From assembly GCA_951406725.2 (NCBI GenBank), contig OX597816.1:172174001-172238000 (forward strand): 64,000 bases of DNA, in the 5' to 3' direction. Numbering within the stretch: position 1 is the first letter of the stretch; every line of letters starts with the position of its first letter. The notes below the pieces were generated by a model, which was given only the letters and a program-made list of their open reading frames with translations, was not told where the DNA came from and did not search any database. This document shows, piece by piece, positions 11,852 through 26,619 of this stretch. Position numbers and translations under genes: made by a program. Source of the stretch: Octopus vulgaris (Eukaryota).

Positions 11852-14250
11852 AATTCTGTACAATGTTTTTTCTTTGTCTCTCATAGAAACTTTCCTATTG
11901 CGAAAGACAACTCAATTGTGAAATATATTTTATATCAATTGGAAATATTCTACCATTAATGGTAGAGTATAAAATCATAAAATGTTGAATTGCTTTGCAT
12001 CAACAGGAGAATTTCTACTAACAGTTTACTAAGTTCAATTGCTGTGGAAGGTGAATATTTCACGCTACTGCTCTCCTTATTCACTCACTAATTTACAATT
12101 TATTTCACACCATAATGAATAATAGAACTGTTGGCCCAGGATTCCAGTGGGGACAATCTCTGGCTTACTGCATGTCAACAGCACAGATATGTCTTTGTCA
12201 CTCTCACTGGTGATAAGGAACTATGTGTAACTCAGTCCAGAATATCAACAAGGGACTTTATTCAGGGAGCAGCGTTTTTTAAATTTCCTTCCTGATGTTT
12301 ACATCTTATCAGTAAAATATATACAAAGATATACCTACATACATACAAACACACAAGATGAACTTCTGCATAATATCCGTCTACTAAAATCTACTAACTA
12401 GAGACTATGACAGAAGATATTTTGCTACTGGAGACTACGACAAAAGATATTTTCGCATGAGCCACACATTGGGACAGAACCCACAACCATGTGATTTTGG
12501 AGAGAACTTCTTAACCACAGAGTCAAGTCTGCGCACTTCTTCATTTACAAGCATGTAGCTAAAGTCACAGCATTTCCCTAATCTTCTTCACTTAGAAAGA
12601 GGACAGTTGAACATGCTGAATTCTTCTGAGGAACTTTGCCATTGATTAATACTTACTAACATAAAACATCACCCATTTCCTTACGTTCCAGATTTTACCC
12701 TTCATGTAAATAACTTGTTTAAGAAATTATAGTTCATAATGTTGAATTTGCTAGAATTAAAGACATACAAAAAGAAACTATTTTCAATTATTTTTACTAA
12801 ATTATTTTATGAAAAAAAAGAGAAAATAAACACACAAAAAAAAGATAATAAAGACTGACAATTAAAACAAATTTTTAAAATCATATTTATGTTAATGAAT
12901 GAATAAAAAGGAGAAATATATTGAAATATATAGACTTTGATGTGTTTTGCTTTTCTATGCTTCCATTTTTAGTGCTCATGTGGAAAATACAAGAAGAGAA
13001 CTTGCAAGCTAGCCATGACTGGCATTCAATGAGTAATACTGAATGCCAGCCATAGCTATGAACTGTTCCTAATTTCAAATGATTGAAACTGCATAAAGTC
13101 TATCAAGTGTTTGGTCAATGTTTTAATAAAAAGAAATGAATGAGTACAAATTAGTTGAGATATTAGCTAAGCTTTAAATGTAATGAAATACGTATTTAAG
13201 AGAAATAACTGCATTACTTTGGTCATTTATTATCAAAATACTATATTTTCCACATGAAAGAACTTCATATGATGCACAACACAAACTGTTACTTTCAAAA
13301 AGGAATCATCAATTATTGATAATGTATATATCATCATCATAATTATTTTTTTTCTTTACATCTATTTTCTTCCTTCTAGGTTGGATAAAACTTATTGCAG
13401 TAGTATTCTACAGTCAGATATCTTTCCTGCTACGAACCCTCATCAGTTTTTCAAGTAAGGTACTTTTAGCCCATTAATCAAGACACACTGAAACAGCTAA
13501 GCTACAGGATGCATTATTTACAGATGTTAATATAAAATCATTATCACCAGAATGGTATCATGTGACCACATAGAAACAAACCATCATGCACACGCATGAA
13601 TGCATAACTTGTGTGTCTACATGTGTTTGTATGCACATACGTGCATGCATACATACACAAATTACAAATTCCATAGTTTCTGATCACCAATTTCACTCAC
13701 AAACTGAGACTTTAGTAGAAGATACTTGCTCAGTAATACAGATGCAACAACCACATGGCTTCAAAGTGAACTTTCACACTACCATGCCTATATGCAGATT
13801 GAACTAGAAACCAGTTCAATAGCTTCATACGCATTACATGTTCATACTGGTATAGCCTTCTCCCTACTACACTACAGTAAATACCTCTAATGCCTAGTCT
13901 TTCTCTTAGCATTTATAGACACTGTTACCACATATCTAACAGAGCTCATTCTTCTCTGGCTCTGCATGCATATAATCCACATTTTTGTGTCCATATCTTG
14001 TGTCTATGCAATATCATACTTGGTTCACAAGTATCATATAATCAGCTCTTTACTTGTTCTCATTCTGCTCTCTGCATTTTGTGATTTTTTTTTTTTTTTT
14101 GCTTCAATTGTATTATGTGAATTACCTTAGTGTCTTGCTTGGGATCAAACTCAGAAAACCCAAGGTGAATACACTGCATAGTAGATAAAGACATTGGTTA
14201 ATGTAGTGTGGTCTCTAAAGGTTCTCAAATCAATCCCATGAAAAATACTA

Positions 14251-14866
14251 AGGTGGCACGTAAAAAGCACCATCCGTCCGTGGCCGTCTGCCAGCTCCAT
14301 CTGGCACCTGTGCGGGTGGCACGTAAAAAGCACCCACTACACTCACGGAGTGGTTGGCGTTAAGAAGGGCATCCAGCCGTAGAAACACTGCCAGATAAGA
14401 CTGGGCCTGATGCAGCCTTCTGGCTTCACAGACCCCAGTTGAACCGTCCAACCCATGCTAGCATGGAAAGCGGATGTTAAATGATGATAATGATGATGAT
14501 GATGATAATTCACATAATTTAACTGAAGCAAAATATGTCACAAAATGCAGAGATCAGAATGAGAACCGTGTAAATGGCACCCGTGCACTGTAGTCATGCA
14601 CTGTAGGATGAAAGGCAAAGTTGGTGCTTTTACATGCCACCAGCACAGGTGTCATTTACGTGAAATTAGCAATGACCAAGACTACAGGTGCCATTTACAC
14701 TCCTGGAGTGGTTGGCATTAGGAAGGGCATCCAGCCATAGAAACCATGCCAAATCAGACTGGAACCTGGTGCAGCTCTCTGGCTTATCAGTTCAAGTCAA
14801 ACCATTTAGCCCATGCTAGCATGGAGAGTGGACATTAAATGAGGATGATGATGATGATGATGATGA
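14251..14866 (+). mobile_element. Two RTE 3'-end fragments (others at about 24430, 31770-32240, 33525, 42540-42850, 52236-52605, 58481-58760, 61970-62250)
   Basis: Shared GGAAGGGCATCCAGC...CCCATGCTAGCATGGAAAGC core and (GAT)n tail. Confidence 0.8.
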
Positions 14867-15029
14867 TAGGGCCCTGTAGATCAAATAATGGGTTAGGTTT
14901 GAAATTCTGATACAACAGCTGAAACATAGTGAAAGTAAGAATCAAGATGAGGAGGACACCAGTCCAACTAATATAAAGAGCATACATAAAATGAACATAT
15001 TGTGGAAATCTGTATATTTCTATTTTTAA

Positions 15030-15510
15030 TTGGTCAACTAACGGTTCCTCATGAAGATAATTTTGACGCCGCTCGGGCTCAAAAATTGAACCGTTATGAA
15101 AATCTCCTTGAGGAATGTGAAGACGCAGGCTGGAAAGCGGAACATTTTCCTATCGAAGTCGGATGTAGAGGGTTTGTTGGACACAGCGTGAGACGACTGT
15201 TGTTATCGATAGGCTTAACTCATCGTAAAGTCAATACCACCATGACTGATATCCAATCTACAGTGGAGAAGGCTAGCCACTGGATTTGGTTAAAAAAAGA
15301 CGATGAGCGATCGCTAGAAGTATATTGAGTTCTTCATAACCAGCTGATCTAGCAAGCGGGGCCTCATATCAGTGAGGGGGGCCGGTGCGCATTGATGCTG
15401 TCGAGAGGTAGGCCCCGAAACGGCGCGCATTCTCTCCTGATGACCCCATACACTTGCTAGCTTCCGGTATACGGAGCTTTTAACTGGTAGCACTTGCATG
15501 TGCAAGTTGT
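15030..15510 (+). mobile_element. 3' fragment of a restriction-like-endonuclease non-LTR retrotransposon (HERO-like)
   Basis: LTVPHEDN..A...K..RY..L...GW.....PIEVGCRGFV...EKASHWIWLK, followed by a GC-rich structured 3' UTR. Confidence 0.8.
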
Positions 15511-15792
15511 TTGCAAGACATCAAAAGAAATTGCTGATGGTCTAATGTGATGAGACATTCTAGATATTGTGTCTTTGCCAAAGGTTCAATGCAGTGGTGA
15601 TAGCAAGGTCCGGCTATTTGACTTTTAGGCCCATGCTCTAATGTGATAGCCATCTCAATACCATAAACATGTTGCTTTTCAAGTGTCCCTTAATATTGTG
15701 CTGCCTGATACAAGAGAAAACTTTCAAGTAAACTTCCTGTGATGAAACATGAATTATCTTAGAATTGCTAAGCAAAAGATGTCAAGTCTTAC

Positions 15793-15979
15793 CTCACAAT
15801 ATTCTGGTAGTTTGTGATCAATAGGTAAAGTAAAGCCGTGCAAAGAAGCTGTACTATTCCCTCGATCAAACAAACATTCCACAACATCCATCAATACAAT
15901 GGAACAGTCCAAAGCCATGCTGTGGTGGTTACTTGATGACTTTTGACTAGAGTCAAGGACTATAGAGCGACATATCAAG
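15793..15979 (-). CDS. ATG2: ATG2 exon: LICRSIVLDSSQ...VVECLF...KLPEYCE
   Basis: tcttctgtcctcAG / GTaaga, 187 nt, phase 2 to 0; no further ATG2 exon recognised to the left within the window. Confidence 0.88.
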
Positions 15980-16648
15980 CTGAGGACAGAAGAAAAAAGG
16001 TAATTTTTATTCAAAAGCATTCACAAAGTTTATTTTTAAACACTTCCTTTTAAAACTATTCTAAATCATTTAATTATATTTATTTGAACATGATTTTATT
16101 GCTAGATAAACACTTTAGTACACTTTATTCACTGGTTTCAGTCATCGGAATGTGATGACTCTGCTGTGGTTCTATGTTGAATTTATTAGTAGTTTTATTT
16201 TCCAATCAAGCTAAAAGATTCATGTCAATAAAATATTTAACTCAATGTACGAATTTTATTGGTTTTTTTTAATGGCCAATACCTACAAATGTAAGTAAGT
16301 ACTGTGTGTGTCTGTGTCTGTGTGTGTGTGCTCGTGTGTAATGGAGGTGTATGACTCAGTGGTTGGGGTTTTCAGCTTACTATAAGGTCATGGGTTCGAT
16401 TCCAGAACTGGGTAGCATGTTGTGTCCTTAAGCAAGACAATTCATTTCCTGTTACTCCAGTCTGATCAACTGAAAAGAGGGTGTACTGCAGCCCTTTCTT
16501 TCTCCAGTTGTCACATCCTAGATGTTCTATGGGGTAAAGAGTGAGGGGGCCAAGAAGGTGTTTACATTTGCCCATAACTATATGGGTACCTCAAACAGTT
16601 AGAGAAAGCATGGTCCATTTTACCAAGTCATACTTGCTTAAAAGTGCT

Positions 16649-16696
<48 letters not shown>

Positions 16697-16719
16697 CGCT
16701 CGCTCGCTGTCTGTCTCTG

Positions 16720-16765
<46 letters not shown>

Positions 16766-19647
16766 TTTTCCCACTTGTTTAAAAGAAAACAAGGATGTTG
16801 TTTATGTTGTGTTCTGCAACTTAATAGCTCAGTACACAGAGCTATATAAAACAACTGCCAGACTGAAGTAAGTAATACTGGGGTCAATATGATCATCTAA
16901 AAAGTCAAAAATTTTTAAATGTGTTGTCCAAGGATGACCAGTCCAATAACTGAAAGCAGTAATAGTCACTTATCTAACACATCACATATTTTAAAAAATG
17001 TTTCATTATTTATGTTTTCACAGTTAAAGAAGAACAGCAATAAACACTGTTTTACCTCAAGTATATACTTAACATTTCAAGCATTATATGCAAAATAGCT
17101 CAATAACCCTTTAGCGTTCAGATTATTCTGTCAAATGTAATGCTTACTTATTTGCATTGTTTTGAATTTATCATTATTCATAGCTTCAAGATTTTGATGA
17201 TGTCATCATCATCATTTAGTGTCCGCTTTCCATGCTAGCATGGGTTGGACGGTTCAACTGGGGTCTGGGAAGCCAGAAGGCTGCACCAGGCGCAGTCTGA
17301 TCTGGCAATGTTTCTACAGCTGGATGCCCTTCCTAACGCCAACCACTCCGTGAGTGTAGTGGGTGCTTTTTACGTGCCACCGGCACAGCTGCCAGATGGG
17401 GCTGGCAAACGGCCATAGTCTGATGGTGCTTTTTACATGCCACCGGCACGGGGGCCAGGCGAGGCTGGCAACAGCCACGGTCTGATGGTGCTTTTTACAT
17501 GCCACCGGCACGGGAGCCAGGCGAGGCAGGCAACAGCCACGGTCTGATGGTGCTTTTTACGTGCTACCGGCACGGGGGGTCAGGCGAGGCTGGCAACGGC
17601 CACAATCAGATGGTGCTTTTTATGTGCCACCGGCACGGAGGCCCGTCGGGGCAGCGCTGGCAACGGCCATGTTCGGATGGTGGGTTATGGTATCACTTGT
17701 CCTGCCAGGTCTTCTCACGCACAGCATACTTCCAAAGGTCTCGGTCTCTAGTCATTTCCTCGGTGAGACCTAAAGTTCGAAGGTCGTGCTTCACCACCTC
17801 ATCCCAGGTTTTCCTGGGTCTACCTCTTCCACATGTTCCCTCAACCACTAAGGTGTGGCACTTTTTCACACAACTATCTTCATCCATTCTCATCACATGA
17901 CCATACCAGCACTAACGTCTCTCTTGCACACCACAATGATACTTCTTAGGTCCAACTTTTCTCTCAAGGTACTTACACTCTGTGGCTATTTATATTGAGA
18001 ATGACATTGTACATAAGTATAAGAGGTTACACCTGGCCAGTTTGAACATAAAACAAATAGAATATTTGGACCAGATATGGCTGGTTTAAATGCTAAAGGG
18101 TTAATTAGAGCCTAATTATATTTATGCAAGAGGAACTGAAATTATATGAGGTAGACAGTGAATTGACATACCCCAGGTGATCATATGGACAAGCAATAGA
18201 GATTTTACTGCGGATATCTTTCATATTATTGTGAAATGTGTCTCCAAGAACTGTCCGAATTTTACTAAAGAAGTTAGTTGATAGACTTGTAAATTTATCA
18301 AATGGTTCGTTGGTGGCTCCAGGGCTAACAGCCGGATTTTCATGTAAAATTGTCATGGTTAACGAGCTCAGCTTGATACGGAATTTGGACAGTTCTACAG
18401 AAGGATCATCCAGAAGCTTTTGTGTTGGATCTGACAAAAACAAAAACAAAAAAATTCATAAAAAACTTTTCTGAATTTTCTGATACAGAAATTGTTAAAG
18501 AAAATCAACACAACTACAGGAAAACTTCTTATTAACAACAAGCCACTACATCTAAAATTTGTTGACTTGAAGAAAATCTTTGAAAGAGTACCTCACTCTG
18601 TAGTCTGGTGATTAAGAAAACTAGATGACTGGCTTATGAAAGCCATGAAACCCATGAGTGCCACGAACAAAGAGAACATTAGCAACAATGAGTTTGGTAA
18701 GGAATTTAGCAAGCAGGTAGGTGTCCATCAGAGATAGTTCTCAGCTCCCACCTGCTTATTATAGATCATTGGTCCATAACAGAGGGGAACAACAATAACA
18801 ATGACCTAGATGTTAGAGCCGGATTTATCAAAGGTTTAGAGAATAAATTCCAAGCATGGAAGCCAAACCTGGAATCAAAATACCTCAAAGCAAACAAAGG
18901 AAGCAAAAAAAATTTTAGTTAACAGGACTTTACAGCCATCTGGGAAGTAAGCATACACAATATGCAGAAGAGGAATAGGTTGTGATTCCATATAGTGAAC
19001 CCAATGAGGATAATGGAAAGATGTTGGAAAGAGTAAACTGGGAGAAATACTGGGTACATGAGACATAAGAAATGGTGTTGCGCAAGAGAGAAGACTTTGA
19101 TGGTGTGAATGTAAGTGGTAAAAGTGGATTTCAGAATGTGGAACCGTTTGAAGGAAATGATAAAGAACCACAAATGATGAGAAATCATTCTAGAGAAGAC
19201 TCTACCCATACAAATATGGAAAACCAGCATATGATGATGATGATGATGATGATGGTCATGGTGGTGATAGTGGTTTATAATCACCATTTAAAACACAAAT
19301 ATATTCAACATGATATTGCACATAGCATTAGGTATGAAACTTTTTCTTTATATTGTGTTGCAGGTGATGGCACAAAATACCTTTGATCACAGCCTTGATT
19401 GAGGAGACATTTGACTATTTTTTTTAGACATTGCCCGGGAGAGTTAACTGTTTTTCTGAGCAGTTTGATTAACAATATACAGGCCTCCTTACTAGCTTCT
19501 TCTTCATAATTAATTAATTATTAATTAATGTGTGTGTATGAATGGAAGAAGAAGAAGAAGAAGAAGAAGAAGAAGAAGAAGAAGAAGAAGAAGAAGAAGA
19601 AGAAGAAGAAGAAGAAGAAGAAGAAGAAGAAGAAGAAGAAGAAGAAG

Positions 19648-19697
<50 letters not shown>

Positions 19698-22600
19698 TCT
19701 GCTCCCGGGATTATGCAAAATATCTGGTTTTAGAATTAAAAAAATCAGCCTTCTCATGCTACCAACTGAATGTAAATCTATACACATGACTGTTAGAGAA
19801 ATCAAAAATATAAATTAAAAAAAACTTACCCTTTATATTTTGACTGTAACCTGACCGAGGTCTTCCAGTGCTTGCATTAGAAACTGTAAAACAAAATATA
19901 ATCCATAATTTAGAAGAATGTACAAGCCTGATGCTTCAGGGTAGTAATGAAATATGGGAACTGATTGTGAAGGATATCAGAACTGGAGAATAATGAGGCA
20001 AACATAATCCATTCAATGTACAATGTTCACCTTCATAGGAGGCAGAGTACTTGTGAGTTGACAGAGAAGTTGAGCATTAAAGGTGTTAGCTGTTGTATAA
20101 TGTGAGATGACAGCAATGGTAGACATATGTGATGTGAGTGGAGGCGCAATGGCCCAGTGGTTAGGGCAGCGGACTCGCGGTCGTAGGATCGCGGTTTTGA
20201 TTCCCAGACCGGGCATTGTGAGTGTTTATTGAGCGAAAACACCTAAAGCTCCATGAGGCTCCGGCAGGGGATGGTGGCGATCCCTGCTGTACTCTTTCGC
20301 CACAACTTTCTCTCACTCTTACTTCCTGTTTCTGTTATACCTGTATTTCAAAGGGGCCAGCCTTGTCACTCTCTGTGTCACGCTGAATATCCCCGAGAAC
20401 TACGGTAAGGGTACACGTGTCTGTGGCGTGCTCAGCCACTTTCATGTTAATTTCACGAGCAGGCTGTTCCGTTGATCGGATCAACTGGAACCCTCATCGT
20501 CGTAACCGACGGAGTGCTTCCTATCCTATGTGATATGAATAAACGATGAGTGCTGTGTGATGTGAGTGTAAGGTAGCTGCAGCAGAGAAGAATACTAAGG
20601 AAGGCATGTTGTGACAAAGCAATGGGATGAAATCACAGGAAGCTGGGCTTCACACATGCAAAGACAAAAAACTGAAATGATTGGCACTATGATGTCATAG
20701 CAGATACATCCAGTTCATGTCTGATTGGGCAAAGAAAAACATTAACCTTTTAGCATTTAAACTGGCCATATCCAGCCCAAATATTTTGACTTCTTAATGT
20801 TCAAACCAACCAGATCTGGTCTCTCATATCTACCCTACAATGCCATTCTTAAAATAAACAATCAGATTATCGAAATCTTGGAGCTATGAGACAATGCACA
20901 ATCAATTTAAATGGATGGAAGCTCCGTCGGTTACGACGACGAGGGTTCCGGTTGATCCGACCAACGGAACAGCCTGCTCGTGAAATTAACGTGTAAGTGG
21001 CTGAGCACTCCACAGACACGTGTACCCTTAACGTAGTTCTCAGGGATATTCAGCGTGACACAGAGAGTGACAAGGCCGGCCCTTTGAAATACAGGTACAA
21101 CAGAAACAAGAAGTAAGAGTAAGAGAAAGTTGTGGTGAGTAAGAGAAAGTTGTGTAAAAAGTACAGCAGGGATCACCACCATCCCCTGCCAGAGCCTCGT
21201 GGAGCTTTAGGTGTTTTCGCTCAATAAACACTCACAACGCTGGGTCTGGGAATCGAAAAATCAATTTAAAACAATGTGTATAAATAGCCATTACATTTGA
21301 TAGAATAATTTGAATGCTAAAGGATTAAAAGCTTAGATGATAATGGTGAAATTATAAATTGGTTGGTGAAATAAATCATAACTGTATTTGAATTACTTTG
21401 AGGTGAATATTATAATTAACAATAGATAAACCAGATAAGCAAAAGCAGAAATAACATACAAAGAAATTATATTTCTTTCATATATAATATAACTATAAAT
21501 GTTTAGAATAAAATCTCAGAAAGAAGAAATATATAATATAAAACTTAAGCAATCCTTAGCAGAACAGTCCACAACTCTTCTACTCTACTGTAGGTATGTA
21601 GATGACATTAGTATCATAGTCAAGACCAAATCTAGTAACGGTAATGTAGAAACTGAGAGGAGCATAATGGAGAGCATCCAGAAAGTAGCTAACTTCATCC
21701 ACCAAAGTATCAAGGTAACTATAGATTACCCCAACAATAGACTTCCCTTCCTTGATACTGAACTTTGGTTAGAGACTATGAACAGCAGAGTGCAGCTCCT
21801 CCACTCCTATTACATGAAACCCATAGCTTCAAAATATCTTGTTCACAAGAACTCAGCTTTGTCACACAACATGAAAATTAACATATGGATAGCAGACTTA
21901 GTTAGGATAATGAACGTGTCCCCACTATGCAAACCGTATGAAATGCAGAAACATATACAGAACTTCATGCACTGCATGCAAATTTCTGGATATGATCAAA
22001 AAGATAGGGTTCAAGTATACAAAGGTGCTAGAAAGAAGTTAGAGTACATTATATGTAATGGTACCAGTGGTACCTGCCCTAGATATAGAAACAAAGACTG
22101 GAATAGGGTACAAAGAACTTGTGACAAAGCAAACAGAGTGTACACGTGGTATAAAACCAACAAATATCAAGAAGTGATATTTGTAGAGGCCACAGCCCAT
22201 GGAGAACTAGCCCTTAGATTTAGGAAAGCTCTGAAGGAGACCAAACTCAACATTAAGATTGTTGAAAAGCCAGGGAACTCCTGTCAGATCACAATTATGT
22301 AGGACGTACCCCTTTGAGAATACCATATGCACCAATGATAACTGCATGATGTGTAGGATTAGCCCTGGCATTAACCGTAGAACTAGAAATGTAGTTTACA
22401 GCATAAGATGCATAGAAGGTGCTTGTAAAGACATGAACATGACATACACAGGGGAGACATCTAGGAGCATTGCGGAAAGACTAAATGAATATTTGTGACA
22501 ATATGACGACAAAAAACTGTACTCCATACTCAACCAACATGCCGAGGACCAACATGGAGGCTACCTGGATCAACTTGATATCCGCATTTTATCCAAGCAC

Positions 22601-25600
22601 CCAAAGGATCCAACACTCAGACAAATACAGGAGTACGTCCTCATAAATGAAACTTCCCCAGTACTAAATAGGAAATATATGTAGAAGATATCATACCCCC
22701 ATACCCACAGGTAGAGTAGAATAGTTAGGGGGCTGTTATGTAGATAGATGTATGTATGTGTGAGTGTGTGTATATGTATATGCACTTGTATGTAGGCATG
22801 TGGATATGAATGTAAACAGATAGACATACAGATGGATAAGTACATAGGTTATAAGAACAGACAAGTACACATACATACACACATACGCAAATGGAGACTG
22901 AAACACATGACCATATATACACACACTTCATTTCACACAAGGACACATATGGAGACACACGTCCATACATATGGAGATACACAAGCATACATACAGACAC
23001 AATACATACTTGCAAAAAAAAAAAACCATACACACACTCAGTCATGCACACACAAGGAGACAGAGGTACACACACACACGAGTATGCAGGAAGAATACAT
23101 ACATACAAACGTACACGCATACATATATATATATAAATATGCATACACACACATACATGCATGCATACATACGTACATACATACATACATGTGTATGCAC
23201 ACACACACATGCACACAAACAAACAAAAAGAACACAGCTTCAATAACGGACAGAACGCAACAAAAATTTTAGAAAAACAAAAAAGGAAATGAGTGGAAAT
23301 TTTACCAGTGAGTGTGTTAAATTACAAGGTACTAAAAAAGAATGACTCTCCCCAGACACAACAAAACATGCTTCAACACACTAATGCACATAAAGAATCT
23401 TGCAAACCAAATCCAAAAACAAAATATATTATAAACATTACTGCATATTTTAGTGATGTAGTAGGAGCACTCCGTCGATTACGACGATGAGGGTCCCAGC
23501 TGATATGATCAACGGAACAGCTTGCTCATGGAATTAACGTGCAAGTGGCTGAGCATTCCACAGACACGTGTACCCTTAACGTAGTTCTCGGGGATATTCA
23601 GCATGACACAGAGTGTGACAAGGCTGGCCCCTTTGAAATACAGGTACAACAGAAACAGGAAGAAAGAGTGAGAGAAAGTTGTGGTGAAAGAGTACAGCAG
23701 GGTTCACCACCACCCCCAGCAGGAGCCTTGTGAAGCTTTAGGTGTTTTCGCTCAATAAACACTCACAATGCCCGGTCTGGGAATCGAAACCGCAATCCTA
23801 CGACCGCGAGTCCGCTGCCCTAACCACTGGGCCATTGCGCCTCCACTTTAGTGATGTAAATTCTATAGGAATACTAAATGTAATTCAAGCTTCTTTCTAC
23901 AAGTCATATATATATTGTATATATCAGTAGGATTCATAAGTTGTGATAAGAGAGGAGGAAATTATTTAAACAGAAGAGTCAAATTACTACAATCAAATTT
24001 AATCTGTATCCTTTGAGATTCAGTGAAATAAATACCAGGTCTAAACTCAATCAATACGTTTGACTGTTTCTTCTGTAAATTATATTGAGTTATCAGAGAT
24101 CACTGTAAATTATGGAAAAAAAATTGTAATGGAATTTCATCCCTGAGTAATAATTATAAAAACTACCTGTATAATTTATCTATGAATAGGAAAATAGGAA
24201 TAGGCTTAACCTGTGGATGTTGACTTTTCACTTGTATTACTGCTAAATGAAGACTCCATGTCAGAACCTATTGTGACACTTTTATTACTTGCTTTCAAGG
24301 AATAATACATTTCATCTCCAGAAACAAAGTCATCTGAAAAACATCAAATGTCATATAAATTGGCATCATGAAAATAACATGCAATAACAAACACGACATA
24401 ACACTAAAACATACAAACTGTGTTCATGTATCATCATCATCAGCAGCAGCATTTAACGTCTGTCTTTCATGTTGGCATAGGGTGGACAGTTTGACAGGAG
24501 CTGGCAAGCCAGAAGACTGCACCAGGCTTCACTGTCTATTTTGGCATAGTTTTTACAGCTGGATGCCCTTGCTAACACCAATGACCTTACAGAATGGACC
24601 AAGTGCTTTTTACATGGCACCAGCACTGGTAAGGTCTGTTTTGGTATGGATTTTAAAATCTGTGTTGAATGGAATCATGAAGCAGAATGAGGGGGAGTCC
24701 TATCAGGCAATAATCTAAGGTTATTCAATAATTATGAATTCAAACTCAGTATGACACAAAACTAAATTGCATTAAGTAATCATCTGACTGCTTACGTTAA
24801 CACTAAGGGACAAAACGTTAGCTCTTCCACTAGGGACATAGAAGAACATTCCATTATATACAACTGCCGCAATATTTAATCATACCAACAAATATGGAAA
24901 CTAAATATGATTACAATTATATAAAGTACAAGCTAAATTCTCCTCGTAGGCGCAGGCATTGCTGTGTGGTTATGGAGCTTGCTTCCTAGCTACATGGTTT
25001 CGGGTTCAGTCCCACTGTGTGGCACTTTGGGTAGGTGTCTTCCGCTATAGCCCCGAGCCGACCGAAGCTTTGTGATTGAATTCAGCAGGTGGAAGTTACT
25101 ACCGTGTGTGTATATGTGCGTGTAGGTGCTTGTGCCTCTCCGAAAGAGAGAGAGAGGGAAGCCAATCATAATAAACCCCAATGAAAACCTTTCAACGTAT
25201 GAAAATGGATGGAGTATTAATAAGATGAAAGATGCCCACACTTCTACATTCCACCCAACATTATAAAATACAATATTTCAGGAGAACATGCAACACAAAA
25301 CCAACATAGCATTGCTAGTATAAGGGAATTGCATATGAACTTCAAGTATTCTGCAAGCTGTCTTCATGTTGTAGGGTTGCACAAGTGGAGCTGATTGGGG
25401 ATACACTCTCTCATGGAGATATTATAGTAAAAGAAATAGGAAATCTTCAAAAGATTTAATGTATGCCTAACAAAAGTATACATTGAAACCTCATTTCCTA
25501 TGAGAAAATCATATGAAGGTAAATAAAATGTTTGTTACTTTCATTTTGTATAGAAATGTCACAAAGTTACTATAAATGAACAACACCTGATCTAGCACAA

Positions 25601-26555
25601 ACTGCAATCTTTTAGGTCATTTTCATTGAGAGCGTCTTCTTCATTCACAAAGATTTTCATGGTGGGATATATATATAATAATAACAATTAAAATGTATTA
25701 CTAAACAGCTGCTGATATCTGAAATTGTAATTAAAATAGATTTACCTGGCCCATGGGAGCTTATGAGTACTTCTTCAGGAGCATCTGACATATTGGTCAG
25801 ATGAGGCATCAAACGGTTGGAGAGAAGATGGTTCTGGAGCTGGTGTTCCACACGTAGATAATCTGTTTGTTTCATTGGTTTATTTGTAGTAGCAGAAAGA
25901 CGACTGGGACTATATTCTGATGAAGCTGGACATTAAAAAACCCAATTACAATTGAAGTTGAAAACTAAAAATTTTTCTTTAATGCTCTACAGTAGCTTCA
26001 CAAAAACGTGTTTCTATTTCATTAATAAAACAATAGTTACAGTTTTCAAACGGAGTGCTGAACAGATATAAAAAGCAAAGATGACTTATGATACTCTTTT
26101 AATATCTTTAATGCTTACTTTGCATGTCAACTCAAAAATCTGTTTCCAACCTGTAGTAGATACTATATTTATTCATATATTAATGAGCACTCTTTTTACA
26201 GATTTTCAATTCTAAAAATTATGAGAAGCAAATGAATTTTTTGTGACAATATTCAGGATGGCATAAATTATATCTATTGTCAATATGGATTGATGTGCAA
26301 TGAAAAGTTTAAACCACTATAATATTGTTACAGTTTTTTTTTATGATAATGATAATACATTAAAGGTTCATTGTAGTTTATAAATGCGCCCATAGAATTA
26401 ACATCAGTCAAGATTGTTTGCAGCATACTAACATATCAAAACAATTCAGAATAAAACTGAAACAGAAACAGCTAAATAATTAAACATACTTAGTTTCTGT
26501 TGATACGTTACTAACATACTGCAGTCCATATGTATATATATATGTATGTGTGCGT

Positions 26556-26619
<64 letters not shown>

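Noticed and set aside
15411-15450. GAAA...CTGATGA as a hammerhead in the HERO-like 3' UTR
   Set aside because: No stem II pairing (C opposite C), and CTGATGA is used in the long hairpin
19521-19818. Poly-K/Q/E/R/F ORFs
   Set aside because: Translations of the (GAA)(GCA) microsatellite
20140-20215. tRNA gene
   Set aside because: tRNA-like SINE head that continues into a SINE body, present in many copies
22725-23272. His/Thr- or Cys/Val-rich ORFs
   Set aside because: Degenerate CA/TA microsatellite
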